Below, one piece after another: positions 10,555-20,107 of a DNA stretch of 64,000 nucleotides. The stretch is from Woeseiaceae bacterium (GTDB lineage: Bacteria; Pseudomonadota; Gammaproteobacteria; Steroidobacterales; Woeseiaceae). The notes under the pieces are model-generated. The model made no database searches, was not told the DNA's origin, and worked only from the letters and a program-made list of their open reading frames with translations. The position numbers and the translations under genes are program-made. The number at the start of each line of letters is the position of its first letter. Positions within the stretch are counted from its first letter, which is position 1. The stretch covers positions 1,656 to 65,655 of the forward strand of contig JANQMR010000039.1 of assembly GCA_028279985.1 (NCBI GenBank), in the 5' to 3' direction.

Positions 10555-11208
10555 TCAGCCTTCCCGCAGGAACTCACCGCGTTTCAGAAACGCGCCGGCC
10601 TGATCGGCAACCTGGCGGGAAATCATCATCGACGTGTGACTGACGGGCAAGACGATGTGATCGCGAGCCCCCTCGAGCTCGGTTTCGGCAACGGCGACGG
10701 TGCCGTCGCTCGGGCCGTCGAATCGGCCGGCGACACGGCCGATACCGACGGATACCGATCCCGCGACCACGCCGACGTCGCGGCGCCGGCAGACCTCGGT
10801 CGCCCATTCGTTGGCGGCCACGTCCAGCACCCCCTCGGGCAGCGAGTTGCCGAGTATCGGTTCGGCCCAGTCGATCCGGCTGATCATCTCCGCTACCCGC
10901 GAGCCGCGTAACGGCGACCCGAGACAGACGACCCGGCCCGGAACCGCATCGGGCTCATTCGCCAGCATGCGTAAAGCCACGACACCGCCCAGGCTGTGGC
11001 CGACGATGTGTGCGGCTTCGAGCTGCTGCTCGCGCAGGAACTGCGACAACAGGGCGGCATTGTCGTCGAGCGTGCCTTTCACCGACGGGTAGCTGAACAG
11101 CAATCCCCGCAAGCCGTATTCACGCTCGAGATGCCGTTTGATCAGGTACATGCCCGCACCATGCGCCCAGATACCGTGCAGGCAGACAACGGTGTTGATC
11201 TCGTTCAC
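10555..11208 (-). CDS. Alpha/beta-fold hydrolase (esterase/lipase-like)
   Basis: 217 aa with the nucleophile elbow GHSLGG, an N-terminal VCLHGIW oxyanion-type motif and a C-terminal histidine (VSHTSM). The GTG start at 11208 overlaps the upstream ORF stop (GTGA). Confidence 0.7.
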   Translation of the reverse strand: MNEINTVVCLHGIWAHGAGMYLIKRHLEREYGLRGLLFSYPSVKGTLDDNAALLSQFLREQQLEAAHIVGHSLGGVVALRMLANEPDAVPGRVVCLGSPLRGSRVAEMISRIDWAEPILGNSLPEGVLDVAANEWATEVCRRRDVGVVAGSVSVGIGRVAGRFDGPSDGTVAVAETELEGARDHIVLPVSHTSMMISRQVADQAGAFLKRGEFLREG

Positions 11209-11528
11209 TTCCGGGTACCTGACTCTCCGGGTGGGGGCTTTGTTCCTGGTGGCAGATCTGTGGCGGGTGGAGGCTCGGTTCCCGGTGGAGGCTCTGTGCC
11301 GGGAGGGGGCTGCGTCCCTGGCGGAGGTTCTGTCCCTGGTGGAAACACCGTCCCCGGAGGGGGCTCCGTTCCGGGCGGAGGCTCTGTCCCTGGTGGTGGT
11401 TCCGTCCCCGGTGGAAACTCTGTTCCTGGCGGAAACTCTGTTCCTGGTGGAGGCTCCGTTCCGGGCGGGGGCTCGGTCCCCGGAGGGGGTTCAGTGCCCG
11501 GTGGAAACTCCGATCTCGACGAGGCCAT
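11205..11528 (-). CDS. Hypothetical proline-rich hexapeptide-repeat protein (about 15 x PPGTEP)
   Basis: ATG at 11528 lies 19 nt after the aspS stop, and the TGA overlaps the GTG of the downstream hydrolase. The body is an 18-nt repeat whose variation sits almost only at every third base. No signal peptide. The reading strand is inferred from context only. Confidence 0.45.
   Translation of the reverse strand: MASSRSEFPPGTEPPPGTEPPPGTEPPPGTEFPPGTEFPPGTEPPPGTEPPPGTEPPPGTVFPPGTEPPPGTQPPPGTEPPPGTEPPPATDLPPGTKPPPGESGTRK
11230..11517. repeat. 18-nt x about 16 tandem repeat (ggt gga ggc tcN gtN ccN on the plus strand)
   Basis: Sixteen contiguous 18-mers. Differences between units are concentrated at positions 3, 6, 9, 12, 15 and 18. 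Confidence 0.95.
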
Positions 11529-11546
11529 TGTCCGGCGTCGCCGGTC

Positions 11547-13319
11547 CTATTCCGCGCGCGGCGTGCGCAGGCGGATACCGGTCTCTCGAAGTTGTTCGGC
11601 GGAGACTTCGCCGGGTGCATCGGTCAACGGATCGTGGGCGGACTGGGTTTTCGGGAAGGCCATCACGTCGCGGATGCTGTCGGCGCCGGCCATCAGCATG
11701 ACGATGCGATCGATGCCATAGGCGATGCCGCCGTGCGGCGGCGCACCGTATTGCAGCGCCCGCAACAGGAATCCGAATTTCTCGTCGGCTTCCTCCGCGC
11801 CGATGTCCAGCACGTCGAATGCCGCCGACTGAACGTCCTGCCGGTGAATACGGATCGAACCGCCGCCGATCTCCGAGCCGTTCAATACCATGTCGTAGGC
11901 GCGGGACAGCGCCCCGCCCGGGTCCTCGCGCAACGCATCGGCGTCGTTGACGGCAGGCGCGGTAAACGGGTGATGCAAGGCCGTCCAGCGTTTGCCCTGC
12001 GGATCTTTTTCGAACATCGGGAAATCGACCACCCACAACGGGCGCCAGCCCGCTTCGACCAGCCCACGATCCTCGCCGAGCCTGACGCGGAGCGCGCCCA
12101 GGGCATCGTTGACGATACGCGCCTTGTCGGCGCCGAAGAAAACCAGATCGCCGCTGGCCGCCCCGGTTCGCTCGAGGATGCCGTCGACCGCGTCGTCGGG
12201 GAGAAACTTCAGGATCGGCGATTGCAGGCCGTCGCGGCCCGCCGCGACGTCGTTGATCTTGATGTAGGCCAGGCCCTTGGCGCCGTAACGGCCGACGAAA
12301 GCCGTGTAATCGTCGATCTCCTTGCGGCTCAGGAACCCGCCGTCCGGAACGCGCAAGGCGGCGACGCGACCTTCGGGATCGGCCGCGGGTCCGGCGAATA
12401 CCTTGAACTCGACACCGCTCATCAGGTCCGCGACTTCGACCAGTTCGAGATCGATGCGCAAGTCCGGTTTATCGGTACCGTAGCGCTGCATCGCATCCGA
12501 ATAACGCATACGCGGAAACGGATCGGGCAGATCGACATCCAGCACGCGCTTGAAAACCTGCCGGATCAGCGCCTCGTTGATACCCATGACGTCTTCTTCG
12601 GCGACGAAGCTCATCTCGATATCGAGCTGCGTGAACTCCGGCTGCCGGTCGGCGCGCAGGTCTTCGTCCCGGAAACACTTGACGATCTGGTAATAGCGAT
12701 CGAAGCCCGACATCATCAACAACTGCTTGAAGATCTGCGGCGACTGCGGCAACGCGAAGAACTTGCCCGGATGCGTACGGCTCGGGACGATGTAGTCGCG
12801 GGCGCCCTCGGGCGTGGCACGCGTCAGCATCGGCGTTTCGATGTCGACGAAGCCTGTGTCGTCGAGGAAGTGGCGTATCGCCTTCGTCACTTCGTGACGC
12901 AGCCTCAGGTTGGCCGTCATGTTCTCGCGCCTGAGGTCCAGGTAACGGTACTTGAGCCGCAGTTCCTCGTTGGCGTGTTCGTCGTGGTGAAACGGGGGCG
13001 TTTCCGAGCGGTTGAGGACTTCGAGTTCCTGCGCCAGGACCTCGACACGGCCGGTCCGCATGTTCGGGTTGATCGTACCCTCCGGCCGCTCCCGTACCCT
13101 GCCCCTGACGGCCAGCACGTACTCGCTGCGAATCCGCTCCGCCTCGGCGAAAATCCCGGCGCGGTCGGGATCGAAAACCACCTGCAGGAGGCCCTCGCGA
13201 TCGCGAAGGTCGATGAAAATCACGCCGCCGTGGTCCCGGCGACGGTGCACCCAGCCGCAGACGGCAACGTCTTCGCCGATCAGCGACTGGTCAACTTGTC
13301 CACAATAATGACTGCGCAT
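11547..13319 (-). CDS. aspS: Aspartate--tRNA ligase
   Basis: The ATG at 13319 gives [43 protein letters not shown], a canonical AspRS N-terminus. Class II motifs, including FPMF and GGGSIRIH, are present. Confidence 0.95.
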   Translation of the reverse strand: MRSHYCGQVDQSLIGEDVAVCGWVHRRRDHGGVIFIDLRDREGLLQVVFDPDRAGIFAEAERIRSEYVLAVRGRVRERPEGTINPNMRTGRVEVLAQELEVLNRSETPPFHHDEHANEELRLKYRYLDLRRENMTANLRLRHEVTKAIRHFLDDTGFVDIETPMLTRATPEGARDYIVPSRTHPGKFFALPQSPQIFKQLLMMSGFDRYYQIVKCFRDEDLRADRQPEFTQLDIEMSFVAEEDVMGINEALIRQVFKRVLDVDLPDPFPRMRYSDAMQRYGTDKPDLRIDLELVEVADLMSGVEFKVFAGPAADPEGRVAALRVPDGGFLSRKEIDDYTAFVGRYGAKGLAYIKINDVAAGRDGLQSPILKFLPDDAVDGILERTGAASGDLVFFGADKARIVNDALGALRVRLGEDRGLVEAGWRPLWVVDFPMFEKDPQGKRWTALHHPFTAPAVNDADALREDPGGALSRAYDMVLNGSEIGGGSIRIHRQDVQSAAFDVLDIGAEEADEKFGFLLRALQYGAPPHGGIAYGIDRIVMLMAGADSIRDVMAFPKTQSAHDPLTDAPGEVSAEQLRETGIRLRTPRAE

Positions 13320-13415
13320 CGTCACACTCGGGTGCGCGAAAAAGAGGCGGAATGTTACGGGCTGGGGGTCGGCAGGGCAAGAATAGGGCGGAGCCGACAG
13401 CGCGGCGTATTTGTA

Positions 13416-14060
13416 CTATAGCTCGTCGGTCCGGTCGCCGGACCATTCCGGGACGACGACGCCCAGCGAGATGATCATCTTCAAGGCTTCGTCCACGTCC
13501 ATGTCGAGCACCGTGACATCGCGTTTGGGCACCAGGATGATGAAGCCCGAGGTCGGATTGGGCGTGGTCGGCACGAAACAGCCGACGACGTCTTCGCCGG
13601 TACGGATCTGGATCTCGCCGAGGTCGGTGGAGGTCTGGAACGCCAGGCTGTAACTGCCCTTGCGCGGGTACTCGATCAGCAACACCCGCTTGAAGGCGTG
13701 ACTCGAATCGGAGAACACGATCTCGGCGAAGTTCTTCGCCGCCGAGTAAATCGAGCGGACGATGGGAATACGGTCCAGCAACGATTCCCAACCGCCCAGA
13801 AATGCCCGGCCCAGGAAATTGGCGGCCAGCACCCCGGTGATCAGCAGTATCAGCAACACCAGGATGACGCCGAGACCGGGAATGACCACGGGCTCCTGGG
13901 TGTGGAACAACTGCTGCAGGAGGATTTCCGGCCGGTACGGCGCCGGTATCAGCCCCAGCGTCTTGTCCATCTGCCTGACCGCAAACGAGATCAGCAGAAT
14001 CGTGATGCCCAGGGGTATCCAGACCAGCAGTCCGGCTACCAGATAACGGCGCAGTCGCAC
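13416..14060 (-). CDS. DUF502-family membrane protein
   Basis: 214 aa with two N-terminal TM helices and the conserved ...IPIVRSIYSAAKNF...FVPTTPNPTSGF... motif typical of DUF502. GTG start. Confidence 0.75.
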   Translation of the reverse strand: MRLRRYLVAGLLVWIPLGITILLISFAVRQMDKTLGLIPAPYRPEILLQQLFHTQEPVVIPGLGVILVLLILLITGVLAANFLGRAFLGGWESLLDRIPIVRSIYSAAKNFAEIVFSDSSHAFKRVLLIEYPRKGSYSLAFQTSTDLGEIQIRTGEDVVGCFVPTTPNPTSGFIILVPKRDVTVLDMDVDEALKMIISLGVVVPEWSGDRTDEL

Positions 14061-14069
14061 TCCGGACCC

Positions 14070-14447
14070 TCAGGCCGACTTCGCCGCACCGCCGCCGCTT
14101 GCGGCCGGTTTGGCGGTCTTGGCTTCACCCTTGCCCGCCGTTTTGGCGGGACCGGCGCTGTCCTTCTTGCCGTCGGTTTTTGCGTCCTTCCCGTCGGCTT
14201 TGCCGTCCGCGGACTTGCCGTCTTTAGACGCGGCTTCCTTATCCCCGGCGAGATTGCGCTGGTTGTCGGTCTTGAAATCGGTCTCGTACCAGCCCCCGCC
14301 CTTCAGGCGAAAGCGCGGCGCGGACAACTGGCGCTTCAACGCCGCCGCGCCGCACTCCGGGCAGTCGGTCAGCGGATCGTCCGAGATCTTCTGCAAGGCA
14401 TCCAGCGTATGCTCACAGCGCTGGCAGAGATAACCGTAAATCGGCAT
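14070..14447 (-). CDS. FmdB-family putative zinc-ribbon regulatory protein with a Lys/Ala/Gly-rich tail
   Basis: The ATG at 14447 gives MPIYGYLCQRCEHTLDALQKISDDPLTDCPECG, the CxxC...CxxC FmdB zinc ribbon. The C-terminus is low complexity. Confidence 0.8.
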   Translation of the reverse strand: MPIYGYLCQRCEHTLDALQKISDDPLTDCPECGAAALKRQLSAPRFRLKGGGWYETDFKTDNQRNLAGDKEAASKDGKSADGKADGKDAKTDGKKDSAGPAKTAGKGEAKTAKPAASGGGAAKSA

Positions 14448-14588
14448 TGGGTACTCCGTTGCTTGTCGCGAGATTGTAGGAGCCTGCGGTCCGGGCGACA
14501 ACGAACCCACTCACGATCCGGTAATTGCCCGCAGAACAGGCTCCGCTTTTGTTCTTTTCGCGCATGTCCTTGTCACGCCCTTTATAAA

Positions 14589-14624
14589 GCCTATCGCGCC
14601 TATCACGCCTATCACGCCTATTAG
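14589..14624. repeat. 9-nt x4 tandem repeat anchored on the clpB stop codon
   Basis: gcctatcgc / gcctatcac / gcctatcac / gcctattag. Read on the minus strand in the clpB frame this is TAA TAG GCG TGA TAG GCG TGA TAG GCG CGA TAG. Confidence 0.9.
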
Positions 14625-17212
14625 GCCGCGTTCTGAAACGCCAGGCGGTCCTCGGCCACGCCCACTTCGATGACGTCCCCCGGCTTGAACTTGCCTTGCA
14701 GGATCTCCTGCGCCAGCGGGTTCTCGACCTGCTGCTGTATGGCGCGTTTCAGGGGCCTCGCGCCGTAAACCGGGTCGAAGCCGGCTTCGGCAAGCCGGTC
14801 GCGAGCGTCGTCCGACAGGTGAATCCGCATGTCGCGTTCGGCCAGACGATCGTGCAGGTAACCGAGCTGGATGTCGACGATCTTGCGGATGTGCTCGCGG
14901 CCCAGCGGGTGGAACACGACGACGTCGTCCACGCGATTGATGAACTCGGGCCTGAAGTGCTGGCCGACGATGTCCATGACGGCGTGTTTCATCGCCTCGT
15001 AGCGTTCCTCGTAGTGTTCCTCGCCGGCCATCTCCTGGATGCGCTGCGAGCCCAGGTTCGAGGTCATGACGATCACCGTGTTCCGGAAATCGACGGTACG
15101 GCCCTGGCCGTCCGTCAGGCGGCCGTCGTCCAGGACCTGCAGCAAGACGTTGAACACGTCGGGATGCGCCTTCTCGACTTCGTCGAGCAGGATCACCGAG
15201 TAGGGCCGGCGCCGCACCGCTTCGGTCAGGTAACCGCCCTCCTCGTAACCCACGTAGCCCGGCGGCGCGCCGATCATCCGCGCCACCGAGTGTTTTTCCA
15301 TGAATTCGGACATGTCCAGACGCACCATCGCATCGTCGGTGTCGAACAGGAAGTTCGCCAGCGCCTTCGTGAGCTCGGTCTTGCCGACACCGGTCGGTCC
15401 GAGGAACAGGAACGAGCCGATCGGCCGGCGTGGGTCGGAAAGCCCGGCCCGCGAGCGCCGGATCGCGTTCGCCACCGCGGTAACGGCCTCGTCCTGCCCG
15501 ACGACCCGCTCCTGCACGACGGCTTCCATCCTGAGCAGCTTGTCCTTCTCCCCTTCCAGCATTTTGGATACCGGGATACCGGTCCACTTGGAGACGATCT
15601 CGGCCACTTCCTCGTCGGTCACGTTGTTGCGCAACAAGGTCGTCTCGCGGTTTTCGGCCTGCACGGCCTCGGCGAGTTGCTTCTCTAGCTCGGGGATGCG
15701 CCCGTACTGCAGTTCCGACATGCGCGCGAGGTCGTTGGCGCGATGTGCCGTTTCGAGCTCCAGCCTGGCCCGCTCCAGTTCCTCCTTGATGTGGGTCGTA
15801 CCCTGCAGCGCCGCTTTCTCGGCCTTCCACACCTCGTCGAGGTCGGCGAACTCCTTTTCGAGATCGGCCAACTGGGCGTCCAGATCCTCGAGCCGCTTTT
15901 TCGACGCTTCGTCGGATTCCTTTTTCAGGGCCTCGCGTTCGATCTTGAGCTGGATGATGCGCCGTTCCAGCCGGTCCATCGCCTCGGGCTTGGAGTCGAT
16001 TTCGATCCGGATCCGGGATGCCGCCTCGTCGACCAGATCGATGGCCTTGTCCGGTAACTGCCGGTCGCTGATGTAACGGTGCGAGAGCGTCGCGGCGGCG
16101 ACGATGGCGGGATCGGTGATCTCGACGCCATGATGAACCTCGTACCGCTCCTTGAGTCCGCGCAGGATCGCAATCGTGTCCTCCACGGTCGGCTCGCTGA
16201 CGAGCACTTTCTGGAAACGGCGCTCCAGTGCCGCGTCCTTTTCGACGTACTTGCGATACTCGTCCAGCGTCGTGGCGCCCACGCAGTGCAACTCGCCCCG
16301 TGCCAGCGCCGGCTTCAACATGTTGCCGGCATCCATCGAGCCCTCGGCCTTGCCGGCGCCGACCATCGTGTGCAACTCGTCGACGAACAGGACGATCTGG
16401 CCTTCCTGCTTCGCCAGATCGTTGAGGACGGCTTTCAGCCGTTCCTCGAATTCGCCGCGGAACTTGGCACCGGCAATCAGCGCCGCCATGTCCAAGGACA
16501 GGATGCGCTTGCCCCGCAGTCCCTCCGGTACCTCGTTGTTGACGATACGCTGCGCCAGGCCCTCGACGATCGCCGTCTTGCCGACGCCGGGCTCGCCGAT
16601 CAGCACCGGATTGTTCTTGGTGCGCCGTTGCAGGATCTGGATCGTGCGGCGTATCTCGTCGTCGCGGCCGACGATCGGGTCGAGCTTGCCCTGCTCGGCG
16701 CGCTCGGTCAGGTCGATCGTGTATTTTTCCAGTGCCTGGCGCGTGTCCTCTGCGTTCGGATCGTCCACCTGCTGGCCGCCGCGTAAATCGTCGATCGCCT
16801 TCTCGACGGCGCCGCGCACGGCACCGGCACGCTCGAAAATGTCCTTGAGCGGCGATTTGTCGTCCAGCGCGGCAAGCACGAACAGCTCGCTGGAGACGTA
16901 CTGGTCTTCACGTTCCTGGGCCAGCTTGTCGGTCAGGTTGAAGAGTCTCGCGAGGTCGTTGCCGACGTGCACGTCGCCGCCGGCGCCGGTAACTTTGGGC
17001 AGCCGGTCGATCGCGTCGCCCAATTGTGAACGCAACAGGTTGACGTTGGCGCCGGCCTTGGTCAAAAGACCCCGCACCGTGCCGCCCTGCTGGTCCAGCA
17101 GCGCCACCATCAGGTGCGCCGGCTCGATGAACTGGTGATCCTGTCCTACCGCCAGCGACTGCGCTTCGGCGAGCGCCATCTGGAACTTGCTAGTCAGTTT
17201 GTCCAAACGCAT
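14621..17212 (-). CDS. clpB: ATP-dependent chaperone ClpB
   Basis: The ATG at 17212 gives [39 protein letters not shown]. Two AAA+ modules are present (GEPGVGKT and GPTGVGKT) together with the middle coiled-coil domain. Confidence 0.97.
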   Translation of the reverse strand: MRLDKLTSKFQMALAEAQSLAVGQDHQFIEPAHLMVALLDQQGGTVRGLLTKAGANVNLLRSQLGDAIDRLPKVTGAGGDVHVGNDLARLFNLTDKLAQEREDQYVSSELFVLAALDDKSPLKDIFERAGAVRGAVEKAIDDLRGGQQVDDPNAEDTRQALEKYTIDLTERAEQGKLDPIVGRDDEIRRTIQILQRRTKNNPVLIGEPGVGKTAIVEGLAQRIVNNEVPEGLRGKRILSLDMAALIAGAKFRGEFEERLKAVLNDLAKQEGQIVLFVDELHTMVGAGKAEGSMDAGNMLKPALARGELHCVGATTLDEYRKYVEKDAALERRFQKVLVSEPTVEDTIAILRGLKERYEVHHGVEITDPAIVAAATLSHRYISDRQLPDKAIDLVDEAASRIRIEIDSKPEAMDRLERRIIQLKIEREALKKESDEASKKRLEDLDAQLADLEKEFADLDEVWKAEKAALQGTTHIKEELERARLELETAHRANDLARMSELQYGRIPELEKQLAEAVQAENRETTLLRNNVTDEEVAEIVSKWTGIPVSKMLEGEKDKLLRMEAVVQERVVGQDEAVTAVANAIRRSRAGLSDPRRPIGSFLFLGPTGVGKTELTKALANFLFDTDDAMVRLDMSEFMEKHSVARMIGAPPGYVGYEEGGYLTEAVRRRPYSVILLDEVEKAHPDVFNVLLQVLDDGRLTDGQGRTVDFRNTVIVMTSNLGSQRIQEMAGEEHYEERYEAMKHAVMDIVGQHFRPEFINRVDDVVVFHPLGREHIRKIVDIQLGYLHDRLAERDMRIHLSDDARDRLAEAGFDPVYGARPLKRAIQQQVENPLAQEILQGKFKPGDVIEVGVAEDRLAFQNAA

Positions 17213-17259
17213 GACAGTCCCTTGCCCCGTCCGCCGGGGGAATTCGTAAACTGCCGCAG

Positions 17260-17287
17260 AAATTGCGGTTTCGGCAGGGTTTTCAAG
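17260..17287 (-). promoter_or_regulatory. Candidate sigma-32 (heat-shock) promoter of clpB
   Basis: The minus strand reads CCTTGAAA-N12-CCGCAATTT. The E. coli RpoH consensus is CTTGAAA-N13/14-CCCCATNT, and the spacing equals that of the groE promoter. It lies about 50 nt upstream of the clpB ATG. Confidence 0.5.
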
Positions 17288-17310
17288 GCTCAGGTGACAC
17301 TTCGGCAAGC

Positions 17311-17380
17311 CCGGCATCTGGCCGAACCGGCTTCAGAGGCGAGCCGGTCGCCGGCATCAGGCCGAACCGGCTTCAGACGG
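17311..17380. repeat. 30-nt direct repeat x2 (40-nt period) starting at the pgeF stop
   Basis: ccggcatctggccgaaccggcttcagaggc (17311-17340) and ccggcatcaggccgaaccggcttcagacgg (17351-17380). On the minus strand each unit starts TGAAGCCGGTTCGGCC, and the first TGA is the pgeF stop (17373-17375). Confidence 0.85.
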
Positions 17381-18122
17381 ATGGCCCCCTCCGGCAAATC
17401 ACGGTAGCGATGCGCCCGCAGGGGCCGTCGCGGCGGTGCGAGAAGAATCGAAGCTCGTCGGCCGCCGTACAATAATCGCCGCCGTAGACGCCGGCGACGC
17501 CGGCGGCTTCCAGCCGCCGGCGGGCAAGCGCGTAGAGATCCGCCTGCCAGCGCCCGCGTTCGTTGCGCTCGAAACCGCAGCCGGCACCAGGATCGGAATC
17601 CTCGAAAGCCCGGCGCACCTCGTCGCCGACCTCGTAGGCAGGCTGTGAGATGGCCGGGCCGAGCCAGGCCAGCGTATCGCGGGTATCAGCCGGCAGGACT
17701 TCCAGCGCGCGTTCGATGACGCCGGCCGCCATGCCCCGCCAGCCCGCGTGGACCGCCCCGACGGCGCCACCGTCCGTCGTACACAGCAGGATCGGCAGGC
17801 AATCGGCCGTCAAGACCCCGCAGACGACGCCGGCGGCATGGCTCACGGCCGCGTCGGCTTCCCGGCCGGTCTCCCCGGCGCCGGTCAGGACGGCGATCTC
17901 GGTGCCATGCACCTGCCGCAGCCAGCCGGGCTCGCTGGGAAGTTCCGCGGCTTCGCGCAGGCGGCGGCGGTTCTCGGCCACGGCGGCCGGGTCGTCGCCG
18001 ACACGCGCGCCCAGGTTGAGCGAGGCATACGACCCGCCGCTGACCCCGCCCCGTCGCGTCGTCGAGGCCGCGAAAACCGATGCCGGCGCGGGCCAGTCGG
18101 GCAGGATCAGCGGGACCGGCAT
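17373..18122 (-). CDS. pgeF: Peptidoglycan editing factor PgeF (YfiH, polyphenol-oxidase-like family)
   Basis: The ATG at 18122 gives MPVPLILPDWPAPASV... The conserved TADCLPIL and VHAGWRG motifs are present. rluD-yfiH-clpB synteny matches E. coli. The start overlaps the rluD 3' end by 16 nt. Confidence 0.85.
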   Translation of the reverse strand: MPVPLILPDWPAPASVFAASTTRRGGVSGGSYASLNLGARVGDDPAAVAENRRRLREAAELPSEPGWLRQVHGTEIAVLTGAGETGREADAAVSHAAGVVCGVLTADCLPILLCTTDGGAVGAVHAGWRGMAAGVIERALEVLPADTRDTLAWLGPAISQPAYEVGDEVRRAFEDSDPGAGCGFERNERGRWQADLYALARRRLEAAGVAGVYGGDYCTAADELRFFSHRRDGPCGRIATVICRRGPSV

Positions 18123-19012
18123 GCCGCGTCCTGTCTCAGTAGCGCGATCAGGGTCTCGAAATCGTCCGGCAGTCCGGACTCGAAGCACAGGGACTCGCCG
18201 GAGACCGGGTGCGCGAGCTCGAGCCTGCTTGCGTGCAAGGCCTGGCGCCGGAACCCCCTCACCGCCTCGACCAATGCCTCGCCTGCGCCTGCCGGCAACG
18301 CCAACCGGCCGCCGTAGACCGGGTCGCCGAGCAGGGGATGCCGGCGGGCGGCAAAGTGCACGCGTATCTGGTGCGTGCGGCCAGTCTCCAGCCGGATATC
18401 GACGAAGGTATGCGCGCGGTATCGTTCGCGTACCGTGTAATGGGTAACGGCCGGCCGGCCGTCGGCACGGACCGTCATACGCGTGCGATCCACCGGATGG
18501 CGGCCGATCGGCGCATCGAGCGTCCCGCCGCCGGTCAGGACGCCGCGACACACGGCGACGTACCGGCGCGAGATCTCACGCTTCTCCAGCATTCGCACCA
18601 GCGCCGTGTGCGCCGGCAGGGTCTTGCCCACCAGCAACAGGCCGCCGGTGTCTTTGTCGAGCCGATGCACGATCCCGGCTCGCGGCAACTCGGCCAAGGC
18701 CTGCGAGTGGTGCAGCAGACCGTTCATCAGCGTGCCGGCCGGATTCCCGGCACCCGGGTGCACGACGAGGCCGGGCGGCTTGTCGACGACCAGCAGCGAC
18801 TCGTCCTCGTACACGAGCTCGAGTTCGATCGGTTCCGGTTCGGCCGGCGTGCCGGGCTCGGTCACGATGTCCACTTCGACCCGCTCGCCGCCGCGGACCC
18901 TATCCCTGGGTTTGCAGGCAAGACCGTCGACCCGGATCGCACCGCCCAGGAGCCAGCTTTTGAGGCGGCTGCGCGAATAGTCCGGAAACATCTGTGCCAG
19001 CGCCTGGTCCAA
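18107..19012 (-). CDS. rluD: 23S rRNA pseudouridine synthase RluD (start codon uncertain, see finding)
   Basis: S4 domain plus catalytic HRLDKDTGG motif, collinear with E. coli RluD. The first canonical start in frame is the TTG at 19012, but RluD-like sequence (HRLTATVPETLAGSRLDQAL) continues upstream. Confidence 0.85.
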   Translation of the reverse strand: MDQALAQMFPDYSRSRLKSWLLGGAIRVDGLACKPRDRVRGGERVEVDIVTEPGTPAEPEPIELELVYEDESLLVVDKPPGLVVHPGAGNPAGTLMNGLLHHSQALAELPRAGIVHRLDKDTGGLLLVGKTLPAHTALVRMLEKREISRRYVAVCRGVLTGGGTLDAPIGRHPVDRTRMTVRADGRPAVTHYTVRERYRAHTFVDIRLETGRTHQIRVHFAARRHPLLGDPVYGGRLALPAGAGEALVEAVRGFRRQALHASRLELAHPVSGESLCFESGLPDDFETLIALLRQDAACRSR

Positions 19013-19231
19013 ACGGCTGCCGGCAAGCGTTTCGGGGACCGTGGCGGTCAGACGATGCGGTTGGGAGGATTCGACGGCAGATCTCCTGGCGGCGGCTCGA
19101 CGCGGACCTTCCGGCCCCGCCTCGGGCCCGGCGTCCGCGAAGTTTACGGTATACTCGCACGCTTGGCCGCGAGCCGGTCAACGGCGGGGGAACGCGCCGA
19201 AAATCCCGCCCGGACAGTGGAACGACACGAC

Positions 19232-20107
19232 ATGCGACAGCTTAGCGCTCAGAGCGCCTCAACCACGCGAACAACGACGGAAACGAGGGTACGCGGCCCG
19301 TCCAGGCCCGGGCGAGCCGCGGGCCTGATCGCCCTTGCCGCAAGCTGCGCACTGCTCGCAGCCTGCGCCGGGAAAGAGCCCAAATCGGCGATACAAGACC
19401 TCAAGGAAGCCTACGATCTGGCGCAAAGCTCCGTCGAGCGCGGCAATTATCGTCGCGGTATCGAGATTTTCGAGGCGATCCAGGCGCGTTATCCGTTCAG
19501 CGACCTGAGCCGGCAGATCCAGCTCGAGCTGATGTACGCGTATTACAAAAGCGGCAGCAAGGAGCTCGCGGTCGAGACGGCCGAGACCTTCATGCGCGAG
19601 AACCCGATCCACCATCGGGTGGATTACGCGATGTACATCAAGGGCCTGTCCTACTTCGAAGCCGGGCCGGGCTTACTCGAAAGGCTGTTCCGAAAAGACG
19701 TGAGCAAACGGCCGCCCAAGGACGTGGAGTTGTCGTATACGACGCTCAGGCGGCTGGTCGATCGTTATCCGGCCAGCGAGTACGCACCCGACGCACGTCA
19801 GCGGCTGTTGTTTCTCAAAAACCGGCTCGCCGAATACGAGAACCACATCGCGGATTTCTACCTGCGCCGCGGCGCCTACGTCGCATCGCTGCGACGTGCC
19901 CAGCGTGCGCTGGAAGAGTACAACGGGGCGCCGGGTAATGCCCGTTCCCTGGAGCTGATCGTCGAATCCTACGAACGGATGGGCATGAACGAGCTCGCCG
20001 CGGACACGCGCCGCGTTCTCGAGAAGAACTTCCCCGAGCGCGGCAGCACCAGAGACCGGGGACTGGCTAGCGCTCCCGTCCCTGCGGAAACCGATACCCG
20101 GACGTAA
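19232..20107 (+). CDS. bamD: Outer membrane protein assembly factor BamD (lipoprotein)
   Basis: ATG at 19232. Signal peptide with lipobox LLAAC, then TPR-like YDLAQSSVERGNYRRGIEIFEAIQARYPFS... Divergent from rluD as in E. coli (yfiO). The rest of track ORF 18209.. is antisense to rluD. Confidence 0.85.
   Translation: MRQLSAQSASTTRTTTETRVRGPSRPGRAAGLIALAASCALLAACAGKEPKSAIQDLKEAYDLAQSSVERGNYRRGIEIFEAIQARYPFSDLSRQIQLELMYAYYKSGSKELAVETAETFMRENPIHHRVDYAMYIKGLSYFEAGPGLLERLFRKDVSKRPPKDVELSYTTLRRLVDRYPASEYAPDARQRLLFLKNRLAEYENHIADFYLRRGAYVASLRRAQRALEEYNGAPGNARSLELIVESYERMGMNELAADTRRVLEKNFPERGSTRDRGLASAPVPAETDTRT

Noticed and set aside
10996-11721. Plus-strand reading of the 18-nt repeat (GGSVPG repeats, 241-aa ORF).
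   Set aside because: It would start inside the antisense of the hydrolase gene and end inside the antisense of aspS, with no plausible start context. The minus-strand ORF has an ATG right after aspS and a GTGA junction with the hydrolase. The codon-3 periodicity fits both frames, so the plus frame cannot be excluded from sequence alone.
20067-20107. The 41-nt convergent overlap of the bamD and nadE 3' ends as a possible annotation error or antisense regulation.
   Set aside because: Both frames are open, and both C-termini are poorly conserved tails. Small convergent overlaps are common in compact high-GC genomes, and nothing else suggests regulation.
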